From the NCBI GenBank assembly GCA_963705165.1, contig CAVPJD010000011.1:1-64000 (forward strand): DNA of 64,000 nt, given 5' to 3'. The notes under the pieces were generated by a model that saw only the letters and a program-made list of their open reading frames with translations, was not told where the DNA came from and did not search any database. The position numbers and the translations under genes were made by a program. Position 1 is the first letter of the stretch. Every line of letters begins with the position of its first letter. Below are positions 42,504 to 52,188 of this stretch, in pieces. This stretch comes from an uncultured delta proteobacterium. Its GTDB lineage: Bacteria; Desulfobacterota; Syntrophia; Syntrophales; UBA2192.

Positions 42504-42959
42504 CTATTGAACGGTGTACTTTTCGGGGTTCTGCTTGAATTCCGCAGGACAGCCTTCGCAGCAGAAATAGAAGCTCTTGCCGTGGTAGTCGATGACAGGG
42601 GTGTTCGCATTGATCTTGAACTTGTGATTCATGACGGTGCAACGGGCTTCCTGACCGATCTCCTCCTGTGTTGGCCGGCGATCCTTGAATCCGGTCTGGG
42701 CCAGATACTTGTCGGGGTCCTTCTTGAATTCGGCCGGGCAGCCTGCACAACAGAAGTAGAAGCTCTTGCCCTTGTAATTGATGACGGAGGTGCTGGCCTT
42801 CACGGCAAAGTTGTAATCCATGATGGGGCACCAGGCCTTCATGCCGATCTCGCCGGGCTTCGGCTGGCGGGTGTTGAGCTCCTGCGAAAAGGTCACGGAC
42901 GGGATCAGCAGCACGCCGATCAGCACGGCTACAAGTACGATCCTGTGAACAGGGTTCAT
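42504..42959 (-). CDS. Exported protein with two YHS domains
   Basis: Signal peptide, then two C.(I/V)M...Y.GKSFYFCC.GCPAEF...P.KY repeats. Confidence 0.88.
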   Translation of the reverse strand: MNPVHRIVLVAVLIGVLLIPSVTFSQELNTRQPKPGEIGMKAWCPIMDYNFAVKASTSVINYKGKSFYFCCAGCPAEFKKDPDKYLAQTGFKDRRPTQEEIGQEARCTVMNHKFKINANTPVIDYHGKSFYFCCEGCPAEFKQNPEKYTVQ

Positions 42960-43082
42960 GAATTCGTCTCCTAAGCTTGGTCCACCGCTTTGCCTCATGA
43001 ACATAGATGCACGGAACGGGAAAATCAAGTCTGCCTCGAAAAACAGTCACGGAATCCAACTGCGCGCTGTGTTCCGAAACAG

Positions 43083-43118
43083 AAAAGGTCCAAGGCAATG
43101 CGCCTTGGACCTTTTTTT
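43083..43118. terminator. Terminator hairpin downstream of metG
   Basis: AAAAGGTCCAAGGC-aatgc-GCCTTGGACCTTTT. Confidence 0.8.
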
Positions 43119-43215
43119 ACACGATTGACATGGAGCACCACGGAGGTTCATCGATCCCTGATTTCTTTTTCCACTGGCCACTGACCACTAGCCTCCGGAC
43201 ACGAGCCACTGACCC

Positions 43216-45117
43216 CTACCTCACCTTCCCCCCCGCCACGGGCTCCTTGTCGAACCCCACCAGCGCCAGGCCGCCTTTCTCGGCATCGGTGGCGAGCAGC
43301 ATCCCGCGGCTCTCGACGCCCATGAGCTTCGTGGGCTTGAGGTTGACGACAACGACGATCGAGCGGCCCACCATCTCTTCGGGCTTGCAGTCCTGGAGGA
43401 TGCCGGCCACGATGGTGCGCACCTCGCCGCAGTCGATCTTGAGTTTCATGAGCTTCGCGGACTTGGGCACCGCCTCGGCCTCGAGGACCTTCGCCACGCG
43501 CAGGTCGATCTTGCCGAAGTCGTCCCAGGTGATCTCGGGGAGCATCTCGAACTTCTTTGCGGGCGCCTCTTCCTCCTTCTTGTACTCCACCCTCGGGAAG
43601 AGGGCCTCGCCGCGGGTCACGGTGGCGCCGGGCTTGGTGCCGCCCCAGCTGCGGATGGCGTCGAAGCTGAACTCCTTCACGTCGGCAAGTCCGATCTGGT
43701 CGAGGATCTTGCGTGCCGTGTCGGGCATGAAGGGGTATACGAAGTAGGCCGTGAGCCTGAGGGACTCCATGAGGTTGTAGATGACCGTCTCGAGGCGGCC
43801 GCTCTTCGCGGGGTCCTTGGCAAGCGTCCAGGGCTCGTTTTCGACGATGTACTTGTTGGCGACGTTGATGAACTCCCAGATGGAGATGAGCACCTTGTGG
43901 AACGTGAGCTCCCGGAAGAACTGCTCCACCTCCGCGAGGGTCTTTGCCGCCGCGTCGGTGATCTTTTTATCGGCCTCGTCGGCTGCCTTCGGCGCGGGGA
44001 CTTTCCCCTGGAAGTACTTCACGTCCATGGCGACGACGCGGCTCACGAGGTTGCCCAGGTCGTTGGCCAGATCCGAGTTGATCCGCTGGACGAGGGCCTC
44101 CTCGCTGAAGCTCGAATCGAGCCCGAAGACCATGTCGCGAAGCAGGAAATAGCGGAAGGCATCGAGGCCGTACTTGTCCTTGAGATCCAGGGGCCGCACG
44201 ACGTTACCCAGGCTCTTGGACATCTTGCTCGCGTCCACGTTCCAGTAACCGTGGACATTGAGGTTCTTGTAAGGCCCGATCCCGGCGGACTTGAGCATCG
44301 TGGGCCAGTAGATCCCGTGGGGCTTCACGATGTCCTTGGCGATGAGGTGCTCCGAGGCCGCCCAGTATTTGCCGAAGTCCTTCCCGCCGGGGTAGCCGAT
44401 GCCCGTGACGTAGTTGATGAGCGCGTCGAACCAGACGTAGGTGACGTACTCCTTGTCCCAGGGGATCTCGATGCCCCAGGTCAGGCGCGTCTTGGGCCGC
44501 GAGATACAGAGGTCCTCCAGGGGCTGCTGCAGGAAGGAGAGCACTTCGTTTTTGTAGCGCTCGGGGCGGATGAAGTCGGGGTTGTCGTGGATGTAGCCGA
44601 TGAGCCACTGCTGGTACTTGCTCATTTTGAAGAAGTAGTTGCTCTCCTTGCGGTACTCGGGCTCCGTCTGGTGGTCGGGGCACTTGCCGTCGACCAGTTC
44701 CGTCTCCGTGTAAAAGCGCTCGCAGCCCACGCAGTAGTGGCCGCCGTACTCGCCGAAGTAGATGTCGCCCGCGTCGTAGACCTTCTGGAGGATGTACTGG
44801 ACGGTCTTGACGTGGTTTTCGTCGGTGGTGCGGATGAAGTAGTCGTTGGTGACGGAGAGCTGGGGCCAGAGGTTGCGGAACTGGATCGAGATCTTGTCGG
44901 CGTAGGACTTGGGCGTTTCGTTGTTCTTCCGGGCCGCCTCGGCGATCTTGTCGCCGTGTTCGTCGGTGCCCGTCATGAAGAAGACGTCGTAGCCCGACAT
45001 GCGGTAGAAGCGGGCCATGACGTCGCCCACGATGGTCGTGTAGGCATGCCCGATGTGAGGCGAGGCGTTGACGTAGTAGATGGGTGTCGTGACGTAAAAG
45101 ACCTTCTGGGCGTTCAC
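43216..45117 (-). CDS. metG: Methionine--tRNA ligase
   Basis: TTPIYYVN..PHIGHAY, YVWFDAL, KMSKS; C-terminal tRNA-binding domain. Confidence 0.98.
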   Translation of the reverse strand: MNAQKVFYVTTPIYYVNASPHIGHAYTTIVGDVMARFYRMSGYDVFFMTGTDEHGDKIAEAARKNNETPKSYADKISIQFRNLWPQLSVTNDYFIRTTDENHVKTVQYILQKVYDAGDIYFGEYGGHYCVGCERFYTETELVDGKCPDHQTEPEYRKESNYFFKMSKYQQWLIGYIHDNPDFIRPERYKNEVLSFLQQPLEDLCISRPKTRLTWGIEIPWDKEYVTYVWFDALINYVTGIGYPGGKDFGKYWAASEHLIAKDIVKPHGIYWPTMLKSAGIGPYKNLNVHGYWNVDASKMSKSLGNVVRPLDLKDKYGLDAFRYFLLRDMVFGLDSSFSEEALVQRINSDLANDLGNLVSRVVAMDVKYFQGKVPAPKAADEADKKITDAAAKTLAEVEQFFRELTFHKVLISIWEFINVANKYIVENEPWTLAKDPAKSGRLETVIYNLMESLRLTAYFVYPFMPDTARKILDQIGLADVKEFSFDAIRSWGGTKPGATVTRGEALFPRVEYKKEEEAPAKKFEMLPEITWDDFGKIDLRVAKVLEAEAVPKSAKLMKLKIDCGEVRTIVAGILQDCKPEEMVGRSIVVVVNLKPTKLMGVESRGMLLATDAEKGGLALVGFDKEPVAGGKVR

Positions 45118-45210
45118 GGTGCCTCCTTTATCCAGTGCCTGATGGTGTTGTCAGAATATCGGCGGGATGTGCCCCCGATGAGGCGGGGCGGCGGATCGAG
45201 GCAGGGGATG

Positions 45211-46083
45211 TCAGCGCTGTCCCCGGCCCCCGTTTCTCGGGCCTCTGGGCGGCGGCCCTTCGGCTGCCGGGCCCGGTAAGGGCTGGGGCTCCCTGAGATC
45301 CTTGATCTCGACCTCGACTTCCTTTCCCTCCTCGGTATAGACGGCCAGAGTGCCCTTGAGAATGTTCTGGCGGATCACCTTGCCCGATCCCCCCTGGGCG
45401 ATTCCGACCCGTTTGCCGCACTTGGGCATCCCGCGTTTCATGTCCAGGTACGAGTCGTACTCGAAGGCCAGGCAGCACATCAATCGGCCGCACAAGCCCG
45501 ATATCTTCTCCGGGTTGAGCGGCATGTTCTGCTCCTTGGCCATCTTCACGGACACGCGGTCGAGGTTGTAAAGGAAATTGGTGCAGCAGATCTTCTGGCC
45601 GCAGACCCCGAGCCCGCCGAAAATCCGCGCTTCGTTGCGGGCCCCGATCTGGCGCAGCTCGATCCGGGTCTTGAACTTCTGGACGAGGTCTTTCACCAGC
45701 TCGCGAAAATCGACCCGGTTGTCGGCAGTGAAGAAGAAGATGAGCTTGCTGCGGTCGAAGAGGCACTCCACGCTGATGAGCTTCATGGGGAGGCCCCGCT
45801 CGCGTATGCGCCTGAAGCAGAGCTCCCGGGCGTCGCGCTCGAGCTTCTGGTTCTGCTCCAGCGCCCGCAGGTCCTCATCGGTGCATCTCCGGACGATGTT
45901 CCTAATGTCCGTCGGCAGCAGGTGCAGGGGGACGGCCTTGCTGTCCGTAGCCACAATCCCCACGCTCGGCCCGTTCTCCGTGTTGACGATGACCGCGTCG
46001 TTCTTTTTCAACGTCTCGTCCGAGGTCTGGAAGTTGAGCACCCGCCCTTCCTTCTCCGCCCGGACGCCTACGATATGTCTCAC
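45211..46083 (-). CDS. ricT: PSP1/RicT (YaaT) family protein
   Basis: RVDFRELVKDL, RIELRQIG, CG..ICC, KISGLCGRLMCCL. Confidence 0.92.
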   Translation of the reverse strand: MRHIVGVRAEKEGRVLNFQTSDETLKKNDAVIVNTENGPSVGIVATDSKAVPLHLLPTDIRNIVRRCTDEDLRALEQNQKLERDARELCFRRIRERGLPMKLISVECLFDRSKLIFFFTADNRVDFRELVKDLVQKFKTRIELRQIGARNEARIFGGLGVCGQKICCTNFLYNLDRVSVKMAKEQNMPLNPEKISGLCGRLMCCLAFEYDSYLDMKRGMPKCGKRVGIAQGGSGKVIRQNILKGTLAVYTEEGKEVEVEIKDLREPQPLPGPAAEGPPPRGPRNGGRGQR

Positions 46084-46104
46084 GTCTATTTCACCTTCCC
46101 GCCC

Positions 46105-47124
46105 TCAGCGGCCTGTGCGGCCTCGGCGGGAATCCTCAACGAAATTGGCCTTGTTGGTGAACAATGTAAAGACCATCGTCTCCAAAGTCAATGGTTTATT
46201 CACGTTGCGCTCGATGGCCGCCGCGGCCCCCTCGATCGCCCGGACGCTCCGGAGGATCCCCTCCGCGTCGAACAGGCCCGCCAGGCGCCCGATGTCGCCC
46301 GCATGATCCAGGTTGATGAGCGCCTCGGCGCGCCCCGTTTCCTTGAAGACGAGCAGGTCCCGGTACCAGGTCTTCAGGATGTCGAGGGCTTCCTGGATGT
46401 CCTCCCGGTCGCCGGCAAGCTCGCCCGCGAGTGCCAGACAGCCCAGCGGGTCGAGGGCCCCTTTCGAAACCCGGCCCAGGATTGAGTCGCGCAGGGCGAG
46501 ATAATCTCCCTTGTGCAGGTTGAGGGCCCGGCCGATGCTCCCCCCGGCCGAGGCGGCCAGAATGAGGGCCTTGTCGGGCGCAAGCGCATGCTCCTTTTCC
46601 AGGAAGGCGGCAATGACGTCGCGCTGCACGGGGTTGAAGCGCAGACGGTGGCACCGCGACGGAATGGTCAGGGGCAGCAGGTGCGGCCGCGACGAGACGA
46701 GGACGAAGACGTTCGTGGACGAGGGCTCCTCGAGGGTCTTGAGGAGCGAGTTGGCCGAGGTGATGTTCATGCGCTCGGCATCGTCGATGATCACGACGCG
46801 CCTGGCCCCCTCGAGGGGCCGGAAACGCATCCTCTCCTGCAGCTCCTTGATGTCGGCAACCTTGATGAACTGGCCCTCGGGCTCGATGATGAGGATATCG
46901 GGGTGGTTGCCGCTGTCGATCTTCCGGCAGGAGGTGCAGGCATCGCACGGATCGGCGCCGCCATTTTCGCAGTTGAGGGCCTTGGCGAAGACGAGGGCCG
47001 TGGTGCGCTTTCCGATGCCCTCGGCCCCGTAAAAGAGAAAGGCGTGAGGCACCCGCTTCTTCCCGATGTCGCTCCGAAGGACAGCGATGGGCCCTTCCTG
47101 GCCGTAGATCGAGGAAAAGCTCAT
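46105..47124 (-). CDS. holB: DNA polymerase III delta' subunit
   Basis: HAFLFYG..GIGK, CDAC.SC, HPD, ANSLLKTLEEP, SRC. Confidence 0.95.
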   Translation of the reverse strand: MSFSSIYGQEGPIAVLRSDIGKKRVPHAFLFYGAEGIGKRTTALVFAKALNCENGGADPCDACTSCRKIDSGNHPDILIIEPEGQFIKVADIKELQERMRFRPLEGARRVVIIDDAERMNITSANSLLKTLEEPSSTNVFVLVSSRPHLLPLTIPSRCHRLRFNPVQRDVIAAFLEKEHALAPDKALILAASAGGSIGRALNLHKGDYLALRDSILGRVSKGALDPLGCLALAGELAGDREDIQEALDILKTWYRDLLVFKETGRAEALINLDHAGDIGRLAGLFDAEGILRSVRAIEGAAAAIERNVNKPLTLETMVFTLFTNKANFVEDSRRGRTGR

Positions 47125-47127
47125 GGG

Positions 47128-47772
47128 TCAGACCCCCAGAAAAGACGAGAGAATGGCGCGAACCTCGCGCCGGGTGGACTCGACGTCGCGCGAGGCGTCG
47201 ATGATTTTCACCCGGTTGGGCTCCTGCCGGGCGATGGTGAGGTAGCCCTCGCGGATGCGGCGGTGAAAATCGAGGTGCTCGAGCTCGAAGCGGTCCTCGC
47301 GGCTGTTCTCCTCGCGGCCGGCGATGCGGCGAAATGCCCGCTCGAGGCCCTTTTCCACGGGAAGATCGAAAAGGAGTGTGAGGCGGGGCGAAAGCCCCCG
47401 CGAGGCAAAGCGGCAGATCTCCCGGACGGCCTCCAGGGGAAGCCCCCGGCCGTATGCCTGGTAGGCGATGGTGGCGTCGGAAAAGCGGTCGCAGAGGATG
47501 ACCTTTCCCGCCTCCAGAGAGGGAAGGATCACGGCATCGGTGTGCTGGGCCCTGGCTGCGGCGAAGAGGAAGACCTCCGCCTCGCCCGAGATGTCGACTC
47601 CAACCTGGTTGAGCAGGATCTCGCGGATTCGCTCCCCCAGCGGAGTGCCGCCGGGCTCCTGGGTCGTGATGACCGCAAGACCCTTTTCCCGCAGGAATTC
47701 CCCCGCGAGCCGGAGCTGGGTGGTCTTTCCGGACCCTTCGACGCCCTCAAAGGTGATGAAACGTCCCGCCAT
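47128..47772 (-). CDS. tmk: Thymidylate kinase
   Basis: FITFEGVEGSGKTT, EPGGT, CDRF...AYQ. Confidence 0.97.
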   Translation of the reverse strand: MAGRFITFEGVEGSGKTTQLRLAGEFLREKGLAVITTQEPGGTPLGERIREILLNQVGVDISGEAEVFLFAAARAQHTDAVILPSLEAGKVILCDRFSDATIAYQAYGRGLPLEAVREICRFASRGLSPRLTLLFDLPVEKGLERAFRRIAGREENSREDRFELEHLDFHRRIREGYLTIARQEPNRVKIIDASRDVESTRREVRAILSSFLGV

Positions 47773-47906
47773 GGCCGATCGGCATTCCTTTCAGGACGAA
47801 CAGGGTAGTGATTTTCCCGCTGCGATTGCGGCCACAAAAAAGAAAGAGGGGAAACCCTTTTAGACGGGTTCCGCTCCCCTCGTTTCAACCAACCGGTCCT
47901 GCGGGC

Positions 47907-48335
<429 letters not shown>

Positions 48336-48359
48336 TTAGCCGGTGTGACGGTCGCGGCC

Positions 48360-48584
48360 CTAGACGGACTCGACAGTCTTCACCTCCGGGACGTTCATTT
48401 TCAGAATACGCTCGATGCCCATCTTCAGGGTCATCTGGGACATGGGGCATCCGTGGCAGCGGCCGGTGAGCCTCACCTTGACGATCCCGTCCTCGGTTAC
48501 ATCCACCAGCTCCACATCGCCGCCGTCGCGCTGAAGGTTGGGCCGCACCTGATCCAAAGCCGCCTGGACTTTTTCTTTCATCAT
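48360..48584 (-). CDS. NifU/NfuA C-terminal-type Fe-S carrier
   Basis: [23 protein letters not shown]. Confidence 0.93.
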   Translation of the reverse strand: MMKEKVQAALDQVRPNLQRDGGDVELVDVTEDGIVKVRLTGRCHGCPMSQMTLKMGIERILKMNVPEVKTVESV

Positions 48585-48783
48585 GACACTCCTGACGTCG
48601 TGTCGGGGTCAGGGTCCAGGGTAAAGGGTCCCGGGAAATACCTGATGCCCGTTCTTCAACGATTCATTTAATCACGAAATCGGCTATGTCTATTTTGCCT
48701 GTCGTGTCTGGAGTCTTTTCCGTTCGCCTCGTCTTCCCCTGTACCCTGTACCCTTTACCCGGTACCCACGGGGCGTAGCCCCT

Positions 48784-49380
48784 TTAATGCGGCATCCGGT
48801 CGATCATCTTCCGTACCATCGATCGGCCCATGCTGGTGAGCTCCGGCTTCAGGAACCGGTACTCCTCGCTAACCAGGTGTCCGGCCCTCCACATGGTCTT
48901 GCCCGTCTTCGTGTCGACAAGCTTCATAGAGATCCCCACCCGCGCGATCTTGTCGCCGCCGAGCATCGTGTATTCCCACACATCGACGGTGGAGATAAGG
49001 ATCGCCTCGATCCCGCAAAGCTCGCTGATCACCTTGCAGAGCTCGGGATCCGAAAAGTTCAGCTCCCGGAGCTTTGCCAGGTAAACCTCAACGGACTTCT
49101 TGAGCTCGGGGTTCGCCTCGATCTGCTTGCGGATGTCCTCGCCGCCGACAACGGTCTGGAACCACTTCGTCCTTACGAGCACGTCCGTGATGATGCCGTC
49201 GATTTTCCCCTCGGCATCCTTGTAGATGCCCGCGTCGGCGGGCAGCACCCCGATCGTCTTCGGGTGAAAGTCCTTTGCCTCATCGGCCATCTGCACCAAC
49301 CGCAGGCTCTCACAGCCGGCGATGAGCCAGACGACCCATACCGCCAGGATGACCCGGGCCGGTCCGCGAATCCTGCTCAA
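48784..49380 (-). CDS. Putative lipoprotein
   Basis: Hydrophobic signal with lipobox IAGC; TIGVLP, KLVD.KTG..MW. Start (TTG at 49380) uncertain. Confidence 0.75.
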   Translation of the reverse strand: MSRIRGPARVILAVWVVWLIAGCESLRLVQMADEAKDFHPKTIGVLPADAGIYKDAEGKIDGIITDVLVRTKWFQTVVGGEDIRKQIEANPELKKSVEVYLAKLRELNFSDPELCKVISELCGIEAILISTVDVWEYTMLGGDKIARVGISMKLVDTKTGKTMWRAGHLVSEEYRFLKPELTSMGRSMVRKMIDRMPH

Positions 49381-49397
49381 GGGTTCTCCCCCTGTCC

Positions 49398-51155
49398 TCA
49401 CGTGAGCAGCCGGAGGGCGACTAGCCAGCCGACCGTGCATAACCCCGCGAGAATATAGTTGGTTTCCAGCAGTCCGTTGATCACGGCCGCGGAAAGCGCC
49501 GTTCTTCTATCACAAAGTTTGAAACAAATCCACATGTAAAATACGCAGGGTAAAAGCATGAAACTGAGCGAAGTCGTCCACTTGAGCGGATGGGAAAGGA
49601 CGAGCAGCACCGCCAGGATCAGGGAGATCCCGTAGAGCAGCTTCCGCGTCCTGCTCTCGCCGATGACGACGGGGATGGTCTCGCGCCCCAGCAGGCGGTC
49701 GCTCTGGATCTCAATGAGGTCCGAGAGGGACGACCGGACCAGGACGATCGAGAAAATGAAGAGGAACGCCACGGTCATGTCCGCCGAGACTTCGATTGGC
49801 CATTCCATGTAGGGAACAACGGCAATGACGAGGGCCCAGGCGGCGGCCATGAAGAGGTTCTTTGTGCCGGGCAGGTCCCGCAGCCTGCGGAAACGCCAGC
49901 CCTTCGGGAAGACCCGCATGTTGTAGAGGGCCCCCACGATGGAGATGAGAGCGAGCAGGAGCCAGGGCAAAAGACCGATCAGGTAGGCAAGCCCCAGGGA
50001 CAGGAGCATGGCGAGAAATGCCGTGACCACGTATCCCTTTGTGTGTTTCGCGTAGGCCTCCTCGCGGAAGGTCCCCCTGAGGCCACTCACCTCCCGGTCA
50101 ACGAAGCGGTTGAGGGTGTGGACGGAGAACACGTAGGAGGCCGCCATGAGGAGCTGAAGGATGCTGAAGGAGACCCCCTGGAGGTACTGGGCGGCAAGCG
50201 CCAGGCAGGCGGCCCCGATGGCGGCATAGACGTCGGTCCCGACGGAGGCAAGCCACAGGTTGACAAGCCATCCCCGCGCGTGGGACCCGAGCCGGGCGTT
50301 CTGGATCGTGTCGACGACGCGCTCGATGATCCAGTTTGGCGTCGAGGCCCCGGCGGAAATCCCGATGCGGTTGTACTTGTGGAGCGGCACCTCACGGATC
50401 TCCTCAGCCGTCTCGATGTGGAAGGTTGGCGTGCCCATGGACTCGGAGATCTGGGCCAGGCGATGGGTGTTGGCGCTGTTACGCCCCCCGACGATGAAGA
50501 CGGCATCCATGGCGCAGGCGAGTTCCTTGATCTCGGCCTGACGCTTCTCCGTGGAGTCGCAGATCGTGTCGAAGACGACCGTTTCGGGGACGCGCCCGCG
50601 GATCTTCTCCACGATGGCCCGGTACTCGTCGAGGCTCTGCGTCGTCTGGGCCACGACACAGACCTTCTCCATGGCGGGCAGGCGGTCCACGTCTTCCAGC
50701 CTGCTGACGACGGTGCCCCGGCCGCCGGCGTATCCCAAAAGGCCGTTTACCTCTGGATGCTCGGCATCGCCTACGATGACGACGCGATAGCCCTGGGCGG
50801 CGTGTTTCTTGATGACCGACTGGACCCGCCCCACCTTCGGGCAGGTGGCGTCGACGATCATGACCTTCTTTCTCTTGAGGGTGTCGCGATCCTGGGGCGA
50901 GATGCCGTGGGCCCGGATGATGACGGTCGTCCCTTCCTCGATCCCGTCGAGATCCTTCACTGGAATGATGCCGCGCTTCTTTAGAAGTTCCACCGTCTGG
51001 GGGTTGTGGATGAGGGGCCCGAAGGTGTAGATCTTGCGGTCGCCCTTGTGCTGGGCCATGTCGAGGACCATGTCGACGGCCCTTCTGACGCCCATGCAGA
51101 ACCCCGCCGTCTCGGCCAGCCGGATCTCGATGTTTTTCACGAACCTTTTGATCAT
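49398..51155 (-). CDS. ispH: IspH fused to a C-terminal UbiA-like membrane domain
   Basis: AGFCMGV, IHN, DATCP, QTT, TIC, SANT, AGASTP; then multi-TM region with DLIEIQSDRLLGRETIP. Confidence 0.93.
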   Translation of the reverse strand: MIKRFVKNIEIRLAETAGFCMGVRRAVDMVLDMAQHKGDRKIYTFGPLIHNPQTVELLKKRGIIPVKDLDGIEEGTTVIIRAHGISPQDRDTLKRKKVMIVDATCPKVGRVQSVIKKHAAQGYRVVIVGDAEHPEVNGLLGYAGGRGTVVSRLEDVDRLPAMEKVCVVAQTTQSLDEYRAIVEKIRGRVPETVVFDTICDSTEKRQAEIKELACAMDAVFIVGGRNSANTHRLAQISESMGTPTFHIETAEEIREVPLHKYNRIGISAGASTPNWIIERVVDTIQNARLGSHARGWLVNLWLASVGTDVYAAIGAACLALAAQYLQGVSFSILQLLMAASYVFSVHTLNRFVDREVSGLRGTFREEAYAKHTKGYVVTAFLAMLLSLGLAYLIGLLPWLLLALISIVGALYNMRVFPKGWRFRRLRDLPGTKNLFMAAAWALVIAVVPYMEWPIEVSADMTVAFLFIFSIVLVRSSLSDLIEIQSDRLLGRETIPVVIGESRTRKLLYGISLILAVLLVLSHPLKWTTSLSFMLLPCVFYMWICFKLCDRRTALSAAVINGLLETNYILAGLCTVGWLVALRLLT

Positions 51156-51254
51156 GGAAAAACAGGGTACAGGGTCAAGGGTTCAGGGTACAGGGAAAAA
51201 CAAGGTGTCTGGTTATTCCCATCATTTTTCCGCTCTTCCGATATTCCTCACTTC

Positions 51255-52010
51255 CTAACTTCCTTCTTTTTTAACGGCCCAGATGAAGAATTCCTTGTTC
51301 CCCTCGGGACCCGTGAGCGGTGACTCGCAGGTCCCCCGGACGGACAGGCCCTGTTCGGCAAAGAAGGCAGCCAGTTCCGCCACCACCCTGAGGTGAACCG
51401 CCGGGTCCCGGACGACGCCCTTCTTGCCCACCTCGCCCCGGCCCACTTCGAACTGCGGCTTGACGAGGGCAAGGATCAACCCGCCGCCCTTTACGAAGCG
51501 GAGCACGGATGGGATGACGTGCCTCAGCGAAATGAAGGATGTGTCGATCGTCGCGACGTCGACGGGCTCCTCGACCCCCACGCCCTGGAAGTGCCGGATG
51601 TTGGTCCGCTCGAAGATGACGACCCGGGGGTCGTTGCGCAGCTTCCAGGCGAGCTGGCCGTAACCTACGTCGACGGCGTAGACCTTCCGGGCCCCTTCCT
51701 GCAGGAGACAGTCCGTGAAGCCTCCCGTCGAGGCGCCCACGTCGAGGGTCGAAAGCCCGTCGACCCGGATGCCGAAGGCCTCCAGAGCCCCCTTGAGCTT
51801 CACACCGCCGCGGCTCACGTAGGGGTGATCCTCGCCTCGGATCCGGACGGCCGCGTCTTCGGCGATGAGAGCGCCCGCCTTGTCGACGGGCTCCTCGTGG
51901 ACAAGCACCGCACCTGCCAGGATGAGGGCCCGCGCCCGCTCCCGGGACGCAACAAGGCCCCGGTCCACGAGCAGCACGTCCAGCCTGATTTTAGGGGATT
52001 TTTCTTTCAT
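51255..52010 (-). CDS. tlyA: TlyA family RNA methyltransferase
   Basis: S4 domain RLDVLL, YVSRGG.KL, DVGASTGGFTD, LVKPQFE, GPEGNKEF. Confidence 0.95.
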   Translation of the reverse strand: MKEKSPKIRLDVLLVDRGLVASRERARALILAGAVLVHEEPVDKAGALIAEDAAVRIRGEDHPYVSRGGVKLKGALEAFGIRVDGLSTLDVGASTGGFTDCLLQEGARKVYAVDVGYGQLAWKLRNDPRVVIFERTNIRHFQGVGVEEPVDVATIDTSFISLRHVIPSVLRFVKGGGLILALVKPQFEVGRGEVGKKGVVRDPAVHLRVVAELAAFFAEQGLSVRGTCESPLTGPEGNKEFFIWAVKKEGS

Positions 52011-52188
52011 GAATGAATGGTGGCGGGTAAAGGGCCCGGCCTGAGTCTTCAGGCTCCGAATATGCGAAGATCGGAAGATCGGAGGAGCGGAAGATCGGAC
52101 GGAATCACAGACAAGAGGAGCAGGATCATCGCCTTCTTCCTTTTTCTTACTCCGCTCTTCTGCTCTTCCGCTCTTCCTAACTTCATTG

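Noticed and set aside
41886..42974. ORFs crossing the 228-bp element (41886-42974, 42316-42510, 48064-48282)
   Set aside because: Translations of the non-coding repeat; frames and ends are not conserved between the two copies.
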